This document shows positions 51,393 to 61,911 of a stretch of DNA of 64,000 bases, piece by piece; position 1 is the stretch's first letter, and every line of letters begins with the position of its first letter. The notes under the pieces were generated by a model. It was not told where the DNA came from. It worked only from the letters and a program-made list of their open reading frames with translations, and searched no databases. The stretch comes from Thermodesulfobacteriota bacterium (GTDB lineage Bacteria > Desulfobacterota > Thermodesulfobacteria > Thermodesulfobacteriales > Thermodesulfobacteriaceae). The stretch is taken from NCBI GenBank assembly GCA_013153525.1, contig JAADEG010000008.1, forward strand, positions 8,191-72,190, written 5' to 3'. Made by a program: the position numbers and the translations under genes.

Positions 51393-53934
51393 TTTTTATC
51401 TGCCTTCCTTCTAACCTCTTTCTAACCTTGGGTCTTTCTTTTGCAAGCTCCACGAGTTCTTCTTTTGTAGAAGAAATAGGTACCTCTATCTGATCCCTGT
51501 ACTTACCGTTAACTTGAATGATAAGCACAAAGGTTTCTTCTTTTAACACCTCTTCGTCGTACTTTGGAAACTTTTCAAGAGAAATAAAGTTTTCGTGTCC
51601 AAGCTCTCTCCAAAGCTCCTCTGAAATGTGTGGGGTGATTGGTGAAAGAATTAAAAGCAGTTTCTCAAAACACTCCTTAAGTACCTTCTGAACGAGTATG
51701 TCCTCTACGCTTACTTCTTTTAGAGTGTCTTCTATCTTATTTACGAGCTCCATAATTGCTGAAACCGCTGTGTTAAAGTGAAGTCTTTTTTCAAGATCCT
51801 CTTCCACCTTTTTTATCGTCTGATGAAGTTTTTTCCTTAAACTTTTAAGAGATTGCGGTAATTCCTTAAAGTCTTCTTTGTCGTAACTTACATTTTTTAA
51901 CACATCGCTGTATTCTGTTACTAAGTTAAAAACCCTTTTTAAAAACCTAAACGCTCCTGCAATCCCGTGATCACTCCACTCAAGGTCTTTTTCAGGTGGT
52001 GCTGCAAAAGCAACGAAAAGTCTTACTGTATCTGCTCCGTACTTATTTATCATGTCGTCTGGATCAACGACATTGCACTTGCTCTTTGACATCTTTTCAA
52101 ACTTACCAACTATTACCTTTTCTCCGCAACCGTCTTTAAGACACCTTTTATCTTCTGACACCTCTTCTGGATAGAGCCAGCCGTGTTTTGGACATCTGTA
52201 AGTCTCTTTTAACACCATTCCCTGAGTAAGAAGATTCGCAAAAGGCTCGTCAAGGTTAAAGTATCCTAAGTCTCTCAAGACTTTCGTAAAAAATCTTGCG
52301 TAAAGAAGGTGTAAAATTGCGTGTTCTACTCCACCTATGTACTGATCAACAGGAAGCCAGTAATCAATGTCTTTTCTGTTGAAAGGTTCAGGATAATCTG
52401 GACAGGCAAACCTTGCAAAGTACCAAGAAGACTCCATAAAGGTGTCAAAGGTGTCTGTTTCCCTTTTTGCAGGTCTTCCGCACTTTGGACACTTGGTATT
52501 TACAAAACTTTCAAGCTTTGGAAGAGGAGATCTCCCAGCTGAGTCTATTTCTGCGTCAAGTGGAAGTACGACCGGCAAGTTCTCTATCTTTTCTGGAACA
52601 ATTCCACAATTTTCACAATAAATCATTGGTATAGGACATCCCCAATACCTCTGTCTTGAAACCCCCCAGTCTCTTAACCTGTATGTAATTCTCTTTTTAC
52701 CAAGTCCTTTTGACTCAAGAAACTCTACGACTTTCTTCTTTCCCTCTTCGTTTGGAAGTCCTGTAAATTCTCCAGAGTTAATCATAACTCCAGGACCTTC
52801 GTAAGCAGATTCCATTTCTTCTGGTTTTAACTCCTTATCTTTTGGAGTAATAACTACTCTTATGGGCAGACCGTACTTTTTCGCAAACTCAAAGTCTCTC
52901 TGATCGTGCGCAGGAACACACATAATTGCCCCTGTTCCGTACTCCATCAAAACGAAGTTTGCTGCAAATACGGGAATTTTTTCTCCGTTTACCGGATTTA
53001 TTGCGTAGGATTCAAGAAAAAGCCCTTCTTTTTCTGCTATACCCTCTTCTATAGCTCTTCTCTCTTTTCTAACTTTGTTTACGAACTCTTCAAGCTCATT
53101 TAAAAGTCCTTTTTTCTCAGCGAGTTTTTTAGCAACTGGATGCTCTGGAGACATGCACACGAAAGTCGCACCAAATAAAGTGTCTGGTCTCGTGGTGTAA
53201 ACTACGAGATCCTCACCAAGGTCTGGAAGGTGAAACTTTACCTCTGCTCCCTCACTTTTACCAATCCAGTTTTTTTGCATAATTATAACTTTATCTGGCC
53301 AATGCCCTTTAAGTTTTTCAAGGTCAGCAAGTAATTCCTCTGCGTAAGCAGTAATCTTTAAAAACCAGCCGTACATCTCTTTGAAAGTAACTTCGGTACC
53401 ACACCTCCAGCACTTTCCATTTTCAACCTGCTCGTTTGCAAGAACCGTGTGACACGAAGGACACCAGTTAACTATCGTCTTTTTTCTGTAAGCAAGTCCT
53501 TTTTCAAACATTTCTATAAAAAACTTTTGTTCGTGTTTGTAGTACTCTGGATCACAGGTTGCAAACTCTCTTCTCCAGTCGTAGCTGAAACCGAGTTTCT
53601 TAAGCTGACTTCTCATGTAATCTATGTTTGAATATGTCCACTTAGCTGGATGTATTCCGTGTCTAAGGGCTGCGTTTTCAGCAGGAAGCCCAAATGCATC
53701 CCAACCCATTGGATGAAGCACATTGTATCCTTTCATTCTCTTAATTCTTGCAAGGATGTCTCCAAGGGTGTAATTTCTCACATGTCCCATGTGGATTCTT
53801 CCAGAGGGATAAGGAAACATCTCAAGAACATAATACTTTGGTTTGGTAGGATCTGTTTCAACATTAAAAATCCCCTTTTCTTCCCACTCCTTTTGCCACT
53901 TCTTTTCAATTGAAGAAAAGTCGTACTTTTTCAT
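51349..53934 (-). CDS. leuS: Leucine--tRNA ligase
   Basis: [37 protein letters not shown]. Confidence 0.98.
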   Translation of the reverse strand: MKKYDFSSIEKKWQKEWEEKGIFNVETDPTKPKYYVLEMFPYPSGRIHMGHVRNYTLGDILARIKRMKGYNVLHPMGWDAFGLPAENAALRHGIHPAKWTYSNIDYMRSQLKKLGFSYDWRREFATCDPEYYKHEQKFFIEMFEKGLAYRKKTIVNWCPSCHTVLANEQVENGKCWRCGTEVTFKEMYGWFLKITAYAEELLADLEKLKGHWPDKVIIMQKNWIGKSEGAEVKFHLPDLGEDLVVYTTRPDTLFGATFVCMSPEHPVAKKLAEKKGLLNELEEFVNKVRKERRAIEEGIAEKEGLFLESYAINPVNGEKIPVFAANFVLMEYGTGAIMCVPAHDQRDFEFAKKYGLPIRVVITPKDKELKPEEMESAYEGPGVMINSGEFTGLPNEEGKKKVVEFLESKGLGKKRITYRLRDWGVSRQRYWGCPIPMIYCENCGIVPEKIENLPVVLPLDAEIDSAGRSPLPKLESFVNTKCPKCGRPAKRETDTFDTFMESSWYFARFACPDYPEPFNRKDIDYWLPVDQYIGGVEHAILHLLYARFFTKVLRDLGYFNLDEPFANLLTQGMVLKETYRCPKHGWLYPEEVSEDKRCLKDGCGEKVIVGKFEKMSKSKCNVVDPDDMINKYGADTVRLFVAFAAPPEKDLEWSDHGIAGAFRFLKRVFNLVTEYSDVLKNVSYDKEDFKELPQSLKSLRKKLHQTIKKVEEDLEKRLHFNTAVSAIMELVNKIEDTLKEVSVEDILVQKVLKECFEKLLLILSPITPHISEELWRELGHENFISLEKFPKYDEEVLKEETFVLIIQVNGKYRDQIEVPISSTKEELVELAKERPKVRKRLEGRQIKNVIFVPKKLINFVV

Positions 53935-53960
53935 CTTCTCTTCCCTCCTGTTGAAGCATT

Positions 53961-54152
53961 TTAATCTTTGTTAAAAACTATAGCATGGGCAGGACAATTC
54001 TCTGCTATTTCCTCACAATTACACACTTCACAACCATCAGGATTAATCACGACTGCTTTTTTGTAGGAAGTTAACTCAAAAACCTGTGGGCATTCCTCCT
54101 CGCAAAATCCGCATCCAACGCAAAGCTCTGCGTCAATCTCAACGAAGTACAT
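53961..54152 (-). CDS. Small ferredoxin (single-cluster type)
   Basis: [12 protein letters not shown] and AENCPAHAI; 63 aa. Confidence 0.9.
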   Translation of the reverse strand: MYFVEIDAELCVGCGFCEEECPQVFELTSYKKAVVINPDGCEVCNCEEIAENCPAHAIVFNKD

Positions 54153-54153
54153 G

Positions 54154-55374
54154 TTAGCTCTCGTAAATGTTTTTAACTATTGCCTCTGCAAACTCAGAAC
54201 ACTTAACCTCCTTTGCCCCTTCAAGCTGGCGAGCAAGGTCGTATGTTACGACTTTCTGTTGTATGGTTTTAGCCAAAGCATCCCATATAAGTTGAGCAGC
54301 CTCATTCCAACCAATGTACTCAAGCATCATCTTTCCAGAGAGTATTAAAGACGAAGGATTAACCTTATCAAGCCCAGCGTACTTTGGAGCAGAGCCGTGA
54401 GTTGCTTCAAAAACCGCGTATCCGTCTCCGATGTTTGCACCAGGTGCCATACCAAGTCCACCAACCTGTGCTGCAAGAGCGTCTGATAGGTAGTCTCCGT
54501 TAAGATTTGGCATAGCAAGAACACTATAGTCCTCTGGTCTTAAAAGCGCCCACTGAAACATCGCGTCTGCAATTCTGTCTTTTATCACTACAACCCCTTC
54601 TGGCACTCCATTGGGATACTTTTCAGAAATTTCTGCTTCTGCAACGGTTTTGTCTGGGAATTCTTCTTTTGCAAGTTCGTATCCCCAATTTCTAAAAGCT
54701 CCTTCTGTGTATTTCATTATGTTACCTTTGTGAACCAAAGTAACGCTGGGATAACCCCTTTCAAGGGCGTAATTAATTGCTTTACGAACGAGTCTATAGG
54801 TACCAAACTTACTTATTGGCTTTATTCCAATACCAGAGTCTTCTCTTATGTTTTTACCAAAGTTTTCTTTAATAAACTCTATGAGCTTTTTTGCTTCTTC
54901 AGAACCTGCTGGAAACTCTATTCCTGCATAAACATCCTCAGTGTTTTCTCTAAAAACTACCATATCAACTTTTTCAGGATGTTTAACTGGGGAAGGAGTT
55001 CCAGGAACCCACTTTACAGGTCTTACGCATGCGTAAAGGTCAAGAACCTGCCTTAAAGTAACATTAAGGCTTCTAAATCCACCACCAACAGGAGTGGTAA
55101 GAGGTCCTTTTATTGCAACCACGCACTCTTTAATAATTTGTATGGTTTCTTCTGGAAGGTAGTTACCAGTTTCTTTGTACGCCTTTTCACCAGCAAGAAT
55201 TTCTTTCCAGAGGATTTTCCTTTTTCCTCCGTAAGCTTTGTCAACTGCAGCATTAAGTACCATAAGCATTGCTCTGGTTATGTCAGGACCAATTCCGTCA
55301 CCTTCTATATAAGGTATTTCTGGATCGTCAGGAACTATAAGTTTAAAGTCTTCTGTAAGCTTGATTTTTGCCAT
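54154..55374 (-). CDS. icd: Isocitrate dehydrogenase (NADP, E. coli-type)
   Basis: [56 protein letters not shown]. Confidence 0.98.
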   Translation of the reverse strand: MAKIKLTEDFKLIVPDDPEIPYIEGDGIGPDITRAMLMVLNAAVDKAYGGKRKILWKEILAGEKAYKETGNYLPEETIQIIKECVVAIKGPLTTPVGGGFRSLNVTLRQVLDLYACVRPVKWVPGTPSPVKHPEKVDMVVFRENTEDVYAGIEFPAGSEEAKKLIEFIKENFGKNIREDSGIGIKPISKFGTYRLVRKAINYALERGYPSVTLVHKGNIMKYTEGAFRNWGYELAKEEFPDKTVAEAEISEKYPNGVPEGVVVIKDRIADAMFQWALLRPEDYSVLAMPNLNGDYLSDALAAQVGGLGMAPGANIGDGYAVFEATHGSAPKYAGLDKVNPSSLILSGKMMLEYIGWNEAAQLIWDALAKTIQQKVVTYDLARQLEGAKEVKCSEFAEAIVKNIYES

Positions 55375-55579
55375 AGTTTCTCTCCTCCTGAAGTTTTTGA
55401 TTTCTAAACAAATCTACCATATAATCAATAATAAACAAGCACTTCCCGTTGTAGATTCACATTTGCACGAAGGATTAAACTTTAAAAATTTCTATTGAAA
55501 ATTAAAAATAAAAATTAAACCCCGTTAAATCTTTTTTAAACTTGATTTTTTGAAATTTTTCATTACTATTTTTTGTATC

Positions 55580-57346
55580 ATGCCTACGCATTCATTTAGG
55601 TGGCACTTTACTCGGTTTTTAAGAAAAATTCAGATTCCTGAGTATGTAATTCTGGTAATAGCTGGTTTTATCATCGGTATTCTTTCTGCACTCGGTGATT
55701 ACTTATTTTTAAAAGCTCTTAACTTCTGTTGGCAAGACATATTCGTCCCTGCACTTGACTTTTGCCACAAACTACCTTACGGAAAGTTTTTGGTCCCTTT
55801 TTTGCCTCTTATGGGAGCAAGCCTTTTGTTCGTTCTTGCTAAAATTTTTTCTCCTTCTATTTACGGTTATGGATTCCCGGACTTTTTAGTTAATGTAAAT
55901 CTTAAAGGTGGAATGATAAAGATAAAGCAAACTCTCGCAAAAATCGTTGCGTCTGTGGTAACCTTAGGACTTGGAGGTAGTGCAGGACAGGAAGGACCAA
56001 TTGCTCAGATTGGTGGAGTCGTTGGAAAGTGCGTAAGTAGATTTTTCGTATTTTCTGAGGAAAGAAGAAGGACATTTATTGCGTGTGGTTCTGCAGGGGC
56101 AATCGCAGCTATATTTAACGCACCAATTGCTGGACTTTTCTTTGCTCAAGAAATCGTCCTTCTCGGAGAATTTGAATTAACCAACTTCATGCCTGTCGTG
56201 GTGTCTTCTGCAATGGGAACTATTACCTCCAGAATTATTTTTGGTAATCAGCCAGCTTTTAAAATGCCTCCTTATGCGTTCATTAGCCATTGGGAACTCG
56301 TGTTTTACATATTTCTTGGAATTTTCGTTGGACTAATTGCTCACTTTTTTATTAAAACTTTTTACGGTACCAAAGCCTATTTTGATAGATTAAAAATTTC
56401 TCCTTATTTAAAGCCCTTTATAGGTTTTTTTCTGGTTGGTATTATAGGAATGTTTTTTCCTCAAGTATTCGGAGTTGGATACGAGCAGGTTCAAAAAGTC
56501 TTAAACGCTCAAATGCTTCCTCAAATAATGTTTATTTTAATATTTTTAAAAGTAATAGCTACTTCTCTTACTCTTGGGTCTGGTGGTGTTGGTGGAATGT
56601 TTTCTCCTGCATTTTTTATAGGAGCTATGGCAGGTGGTTCTTTTGGAGCACTCGTAAATCACTACTTTCCTCACATAACAGCACCTTATCCAGCTTATGC
56701 AGCAGTTGGAATTGGAGCATTTCTTGCTGCTCTTACTCACGCACCAGTTACTGCAGTGTTTCTTGCCTTTGAAATGACAGGAGGAGACTATTACATTATT
56801 CTTCCTACTCTCTTTGCCTCAATAACTGGACTTCTTATAGCTTATGCACTAAGTAAAGAGTCCATTGATACTTACGAACTCAAACAAAAAGGTATTGATC
56901 TTCACGCAGGACACGAAAGAAACATTCTTGCCTCTATAAAGGTTAAAGAGGCAATGACCCCAAAAGTTATAACCGTACACGAAGAAATGACGGTAAAAGA
57001 ATTTCTTTGCTTCGTAAGAGACAAAAAGCACACATGCTTTCCAGTGGTAGATGATAAAGGAGAATTAACAGGAATAATCAGCTTTCAAAACTTTAGAGAG
57101 CTCTTAGGAAGAGAGGCTCTTAAAGAAGACTTAAAAGTGAAAGACATAAAAACAAGCCCTGTTATTACTATTTATCCAGACGATACTCTTGAAAAGGCAA
57201 TGGAAAAAATGAGGTTTCACAACATAGAAAGACTTCCTGTAGTAGATCCAAATAATCCAAAAAAACTCGTGGGATTCCTTTCTCAAAGAGACATTTGGGC
57301 TGCTTACAACAAAGCACTTCTTAAAATAATGGGAAAAGCTTATTAG
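55580..57346 (+). CDS. ClC-family chloride channel/transporter with CBS pair
   Basis: GGSAGQEGP, FNAPIAG, GGMFSP, FEMTG, C-terminal CBS domains; start ATG 55580 or TTG 55550. Confidence 0.92.
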   Translation: MPTHSFRWHFTRFLRKIQIPEYVILVIAGFIIGILSALGDYLFLKALNFCWQDIFVPALDFCHKLPYGKFLVPFLPLMGASLLFVLAKIFSPSIYGYGFPDFLVNVNLKGGMIKIKQTLAKIVASVVTLGLGGSAGQEGPIAQIGGVVGKCVSRFFVFSEERRRTFIACGSAGAIAAIFNAPIAGLFFAQEIVLLGEFELTNFMPVVVSSAMGTITSRIIFGNQPAFKMPPYAFISHWELVFYIFLGIFVGLIAHFFIKTFYGTKAYFDRLKISPYLKPFIGFFLVGIIGMFFPQVFGVGYEQVQKVLNAQMLPQIMFILIFLKVIATSLTLGSGGVGGMFSPAFFIGAMAGGSFGALVNHYFPHITAPYPAYAAVGIGAFLAALTHAPVTAVFLAFEMTGGDYYIILPTLFASITGLLIAYALSKESIDTYELKQKGIDLHAGHERNILASIKVKEAMTPKVITVHEEMTVKEFLCFVRDKKHTCFPVVDDKGELTGIISFQNFRELLGREALKEDLKVKDIKTSPVITIYPDDTLEKAMEKMRFHNIERLPVVDPNNPKKLVGFLSQRDIWAAYNKALLKIMGKAY

Positions 57347-57350
57347 GAGT

Positions 57351-58031
57351 ATGAATCCTTTAGAAGAATTAAAGAATTACATTGAGTACTTAGAGGCTAT
57401 TGGAATTGCCTACATTCCTGCTTCTAAGGAACTTTTAAAGTTCGTTAAGTCTGAAACTTCTTTTGAAGAAGACAGTATAGAAAAGCTAAAAAACAAGTTA
57501 AAGGAGTGTAAAGCCTGTGCTTTACACAGGATAAGAAAGCAGGCTATCTGGGGTGAAGGAGAAACAAGCGCAGATTTAATGTTGATTTCTGAATACCCAG
57601 ACAGAGAAGAAGACTTTCACAATAAACCTTTCGTTGGAGAAATTGAAAAGCTTCTCATAAGAATGCTCGCAGCAATTGGGCTAAAAAAACAGGACTTTTT
57701 TATTACGCATGCAGTAAAGTGCAAAACTCCTGGAAATCGTCCACCTGAACCAGAGGAGGTTCTTGCATGCAAACCAATTTTGTTAAAGCAAATAAAGTTG
57801 ATTAAACCAAAGTTGATCCTTGCAATGGGCTTTACTCCTCCTAAAATTTTTTTTGAAAAAAAACTTTCCTTTTCCTCAATAAGAGGTAAAGTATTTAAAG
57901 TAAAGGAGATTCCCATACTTTTTACCTATCATCCTGCGTATGTTATCAAAAATCCAGCAACAAAAAGACTCGTGTGGGAAGACCTTCAAAAGTTTAAGCA
58001 TCTTTATATTAAGTTTGTTAAGTCTTCTTAG
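57351..58031 (+). CDS. Family-4 uracil-DNA glycosylase homologue (divergent active site)
   Basis: CKAC, PFVG, VKC..PGNR.P, C, TYHPAY; motif A altered to SEYPD. Confidence 0.8.
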   Translation: MNPLEELKNYIEYLEAIGIAYIPASKELLKFVKSETSFEEDSIEKLKNKLKECKACALHRIRKQAIWGEGETSADLMLISEYPDREEDFHNKPFVGEIEKLLIRMLAAIGLKKQDFFITHAVKCKTPGNRPPEPEEVLACKPILLKQIKLIKPKLILAMGFTPPKIFFEKKLSFSSIRGKVFKVKEIPILFTYHPAYVIKNPATKRLVWEDLQKFKHLYIKFVKSS

Positions 58032-59241
58032 TGTTTCTAAAGTTTCTTTGGCTGAGCTGGTGTGCGTTTATAGATTTGATCAGGTAATTACTCCTATTTC
58101 TGCAAAAGCTTTAATAAAAGCCATAGAGACTGCAGAAAACAAAGGTGCTAAGTACTTAGTCATTGAGCTTGACACACCTGGTGGACTGCTTGAACCTACG
58201 AGAAGCATAGTAAAGAAAATGCTTCAAAGTAAAGTACCTATCGTCGTTTATGTGTATCCTCCTGGAGCAAGAGCTGGATCTGCAGGTATTTTTTTGGTAT
58301 ATGCAGCAAACATCGCAGTAATGGCTCCTGGAACGCACCTTGGAGCTTCTCATCCAGTAGCTTTGTTTGGAAAAGAAAACAAAGTTATGCTAAAAAAAGT
58401 AATAAACGACACACTTGCCTGGGGAAAAAATCTTGCAGAATTAAGACACAGAAACTTCAATTTTTTAAAACAGGCAGTGCTTAAGTCTAAGTCAATTACA
58501 GAAAAACAGGCTTTGAAATTGAAGGTAATTAACTTTATAGCATCCAGTTTGTCAGAAGTTTATAAAAAACTAAAAGTAAAAAGTCCTCAGGTTTATGTAA
58601 TAAAAGACTCAATTAGAACGAAAGTCCTTGAAGTTTTAACCAACCCCAATCTCGTTTATTTTTTATTACTTTTGGGAATGCTCGGAATATATTTAGAATT
58701 AGCTCATCCAGGAGCAATTTTACCTGGAGTAATAGGAGCAATTTCTTTAATTCTTGCTTGGACTGGAATGAGTATAATACCAGTAAATTACGGTGGAATA
58801 GCTCTAATACTTCTATCAGCACTTTTGTTTTTTTTAGAAGTAAAAATAATGTCTTATGGACTTCTTACCATAGGAGCTGTAATTTCTTTAATCTTAGGAT
58901 CTATGATGTTGTTTGAGGGAAATCCTCCTGCTTTGCAGGTAAGTAAAGGTTTCGTATTCTCCATAGCTGTTTTATTTTCTTTAGCCTTTGCAGGAATTGG
59001 ATACTTAGTTATAAAAACTTTGAAAAAAAGACCTATATCAGGAAAAGAAGCTCTTATAGAAAAAGTTGGTAGGGTTGTAGAAGAGATATCTCCTGAAAAA
59101 CCTGGTAAAGTGTTCGTTGAAGGAGAAATATGGATAGCAGAATCTGAAGAAAGCATAAAACCTGGACAAAAAGTAAGAGTTAAAAGCTCAGAAGGGTTAA
59201 AGTTAAAAGTAGAGCCTTTGGTAGAAGAACGAAGTAGTTAA
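57940..59241 (+). CDS. NfeD-family membrane-bound serine protease (long form)
   Basis: LDTPGG, ARAGSAG, MAPGTHLGA, PG..LPG TM block, GKVFVEGEIWIA OB-fold; start uncertain. Confidence 0.9.
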   Translation: MLSKIQQQKDSCGKTFKSLSIFILSLLSLLSVSKVSLAELVCVYRFDQVITPISAKALIKAIETAENKGAKYLVIELDTPGGLLEPTRSIVKKMLQSKVPIVVYVYPPGARAGSAGIFLVYAANIAVMAPGTHLGASHPVALFGKENKVMLKKVINDTLAWGKNLAELRHRNFNFLKQAVLKSKSITEKQALKLKVINFIASSLSEVYKKLKVKSPQVYVIKDSIRTKVLEVLTNPNLVYFLLLLGMLGIYLELAHPGAILPGVIGAISLILAWTGMSIIPVNYGGIALILLSALLFFLEVKIMSYGLLTIGAVISLILGSMMLFEGNPPALQVSKGFVFSIAVLFSLAFAGIGYLVIKTLKKRPISGKEALIEKVGRVVEEISPEKPGKVFVEGEIWIAESEESIKPGQKVRVKSSEGLKLKVEPLVEERSS

Positions 59242-59424
59242 TTTATACACTTTTTTCTTGCCTTTTTTATTCAAATAAATATAATAGCAATAAAGTGCTG
59301 ACTAATTTTGTAGAGATTGATTTTAAATTTAATGCTCTTTTTTCTCAAGCTATTGAGTGTTTTTAATTTTGTAGTATAAAAATTTTAGTGGTTAAGTAAA
59401 ATTGTAAAAAATAGGAGGTAAGCA

Positions 59425-60384
59425 ATGGGTAAACCTAAATTAGCTTATTACCTTGCAGGGGGGTGTGCAGGTTGTGACATAGCAATAGTTGATCTTGCAG
59501 ATTATCTCGTAGATGTTTTAAACGCAGTAGAGGTCGTATTCTTTGCTCCTACTTTGGCAGATGTAAAGTATAAAGACTTAGAAGAGCTTCCAGATGGTTC
59601 AATAGATGTAGGATTTTTTTCTGGTAATGTAAGAAACACAGAACACGAGCACATTGCAAAGGTAATGAGAGCAAAGTGTAAAATACTCATTGCGTTTGGA
59701 ATATGTGCGTCTTGTGGAGGAATTAAAGGGCTGGTGAACCTTCACGACAACAAGGAAATTTTAGAAAAGGCTTATAAAGAGACTTTTAGCACGGACAATC
59801 CAGACGGGGTTTTACCAAGTCCTAAGGTAGTTATAGACGGAAAGTACGAACTGGAGCTTCCTGAGCTTACCCCTGCAAGAGCACTTAACCAAGTAGTTAG
59901 CGTAGATTATTACATAGGCGGATGCCCACCTCATTACGAGCACATAAAAAGGGCTATGGAAGCTCTTTTAAGTGGTCAACTACCTCCAAAAGGTAGTTGG
60001 ATAACTATGGGGCACGCAGTTTGCGATGTGTGCCCAAGGAATCCAATTAAACGAGGAAGAAAAAAAACCATGGTAAAGGATGTAAAACGCACTATAGATC
60101 TCCCTATTCCTGAGGACGAGTGTTTGCTTGAGGCAGGATACCTTTGTTTTGGACCTGTAACTCAAGGTGATTGTGGGGCACGCTGTCCAAGAGTAAACAT
60201 GCCTTGCAGAGGGTGTGGAGGACCGATTCCAGGCGTTAAAGACTTTGGATTAAAGGCTATGAGTGCGATTGGTGGAGTACTTGAGGAGATAGATTTGGCA
60301 GACAAAGTAATTGATCCCGTGCATTTGTTTTACAGATATACCTTGCCCGTAAGTCTGCTTAAACCCATTGAGAAAAAAGATTAA
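59425..60384 (+). CDS. mvhG: [NiFe]-hydrogenase small subunit, Mvh/Vhu (group 3c)-like
   Basis: GCAGCD, GNVRN, FGICA, GGCPP, VCDVC, CLLEAGYLCFGPVT, CP...CRGCGG. Confidence 0.85.
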   Translation: MGKPKLAYYLAGGCAGCDIAIVDLADYLVDVLNAVEVVFFAPTLADVKYKDLEELPDGSIDVGFFSGNVRNTEHEHIAKVMRAKCKILIAFGICASCGGIKGLVNLHDNKEILEKAYKETFSTDNPDGVLPSPKVVIDGKYELELPELTPARALNQVVSVDYYIGGCPPHYEHIKRAMEALLSGQLPPKGSWITMGHAVCDVCPRNPIKRGRKKTMVKDVKRTIDLPIPEDECLLEAGYLCFGPVTQGDCGARCPRVNMPCRGCGGPIPGVKDFGLKAMSAIGGVLEEIDLADKVIDPVHLFYRYTLPVSLLKPIEKKD

Positions 60385-60402
60385 TTATTATAGGAGGTAG
60401 CC

Positions 60403-61872
60403 ATGAAAAAAATAGAAATAAACCCTATGACGAGGCTTGAAGGACACGGGAAAATAACGATATTTCTAAATGATAACGGTGAGGTAGAAGCTGCATTTTT
60501 TCAAGTAATGGAATTTATGGGTTACGAAAAGTTTTTAATAGGTATGCCTCTTGAGGAAGTTCCAAGAACCGTTAGTACCATATGTGGAGTGTGCAGAGGG
60601 GTTCACTTTACTGCGTCTTTAAAAGCTGCTGACGAAATATATGGGGTAAAACCTAACGAAACAGCAAGAAAAATAAGAGAAATTTTTTACTACTCTCACC
60701 TCATAGAAGACCACATGGAAATCATTTATGCCCTTGGACTTCCTGATTTTGTGTGTGGACCAACTGCTCCTCCTGCTGAAAGAAACTTGATAGGACTGAT
60801 TAAAAAAGTAGGAGTTGATGTTGGAAAACAGGTGTTAAAGTGGAGGTTTGCAGCAGTAAGAATTTTTGAAATTCTCGGAGGAAAGCCAAGTCATCCAGTA
60901 GCTGCAATTCCTGGTGGATGGAGTAAAAAGGTTACCAAGGAAGAATACGAAGAAATGCAGAAGTACGCAGACGAGTGCGTAGAACTCGGTAAGTTTACTC
61001 TAAAGGCTCTTAAAGACCTGGTTCTTTCAAATCCAGAGTATGTTGAACTTATGAAAGGGGATGTATATAAAGTCGTTACTAATTACTTAGGAACAGTTGA
61101 CGAAAAAAATCGCGTTACCTATTACGACGGAACCCAGAGAGTTGTTGATACTAAAGGTAACGAGATGTACAGGTTTAAAGGTAAGGAGTATCTTGATTAC
61201 ATAGCAGAAAGAACCCTTGAGTGGAGCTATGTAAAGGCACCCTATCTTAAAAAGCTTGGATGGAAGGGCTTTATAGATGGAGAAGGCACGAGTCTTTACA
61301 GCGTTGGACCCCTTGCCAGGTTTAATGTTGGGGAAGGTTTTGACACTCCTATTGCTCAAGAGGCTTACGAAGAAATGGTAGAATTTTTCGGAGGTAAACC
61401 CGTTCACAATACCTTGGGATATCACTGGGCAAGAGCTATAGAACTTATGCATTGCGCAGAAAAGATGAAAGAATTACTTAGTGACGACAGTATAGTTGAC
61501 TCAGAAGTCATCCAAGAGCTTGACGGCGTAAAAAATGAAGAAGGAGTAGGAATTATTGAAGCTGCAAGAGGAACGCTTATTCACCATTACAAAGTTGACG
61601 AAAAAGGTATAGTAAGAGATGTAAACTTAATAGTTGCTACTACGCAGAACAAAGGCTCTATTAACATCGCTGTTAGAAGAGCTGCAGAATACTTTTTAAA
61701 ACAAGGAAAGCTTGACGAAGGTATTTTAAACATGATAGAAATTGCATATCGTCCTTACGACCTATGTCTTGCTTGTGCTGCTCACACGCTTCCTGGAAGA
61801 CTCCCTATTGAACTTGAAGTAAGAAACACTAAAGGTGAGGTTCTCGGAAAAATTAGAAACTTTGAAAAATAG
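60403..61872 (+). CDS. mvhA: [NiFe]-hydrogenase large subunit, Mvh/Vhu (group 3c)-like
   Basis: TRLEGHGKI, ICGVC, VGPLAR, EAARGTLIHHY, YDLCLACAAH plus cleavable C-terminal extension. Confidence 0.87.
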   Translation: MKKIEINPMTRLEGHGKITIFLNDNGEVEAAFFQVMEFMGYEKFLIGMPLEEVPRTVSTICGVCRGVHFTASLKAADEIYGVKPNETARKIREIFYYSHLIEDHMEIIYALGLPDFVCGPTAPPAERNLIGLIKKVGVDVGKQVLKWRFAAVRIFEILGGKPSHPVAAIPGGWSKKVTKEEYEEMQKYADECVELGKFTLKALKDLVLSNPEYVELMKGDVYKVVTNYLGTVDEKNRVTYYDGTQRVVDTKGNEMYRFKGKEYLDYIAERTLEWSYVKAPYLKKLGWKGFIDGEGTSLYSVGPLARFNVGEGFDTPIAQEAYEEMVEFFGGKPVHNTLGYHWARAIELMHCAEKMKELLSDDSIVDSEVIQELDGVKNEEGVGIIEAARGTLIHHYKVDEKGIVRDVNLIVATTQNKGSINIAVRRAAEYFLKQGKLDEGILNMIEIAYRPYDLCLACAAHTLPGRLPIELEVRNTKGEVLGKIRNFEK

Positions 61873-61878
61873 AATTGC

Positions 61879-61899
61879 AAGAGGGGGTTACCCCCTCTT
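61879..61899 (+). terminator. Hairpin between mvhA and the protease gene (terminator/attenuator or stabiliser)
   Basis: AAGAGGGGG-TTA-CCCCCTCTT perfect 9-bp inverted repeat followed by AACTTCTTTTT. Confidence 0.6.
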
Positions 61900-61911
61900 A
61901 ACTTCTTTTTA

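Noticed and set aside
55375-55579. Intergenic regions (also 59242-59424 and 45836-46059) checked for tRNA, riboswitch or sRNA
   Set aside because: AT-rich with no GC-rich stems, which structured RNAs in a thermophile would normally need; they look like promoter regions.
61755-61790. Possible selenocysteine in the hydrogenase C-terminal motif
   Set aside because: Both cysteines are TGT codons; there is no in-frame TGA.
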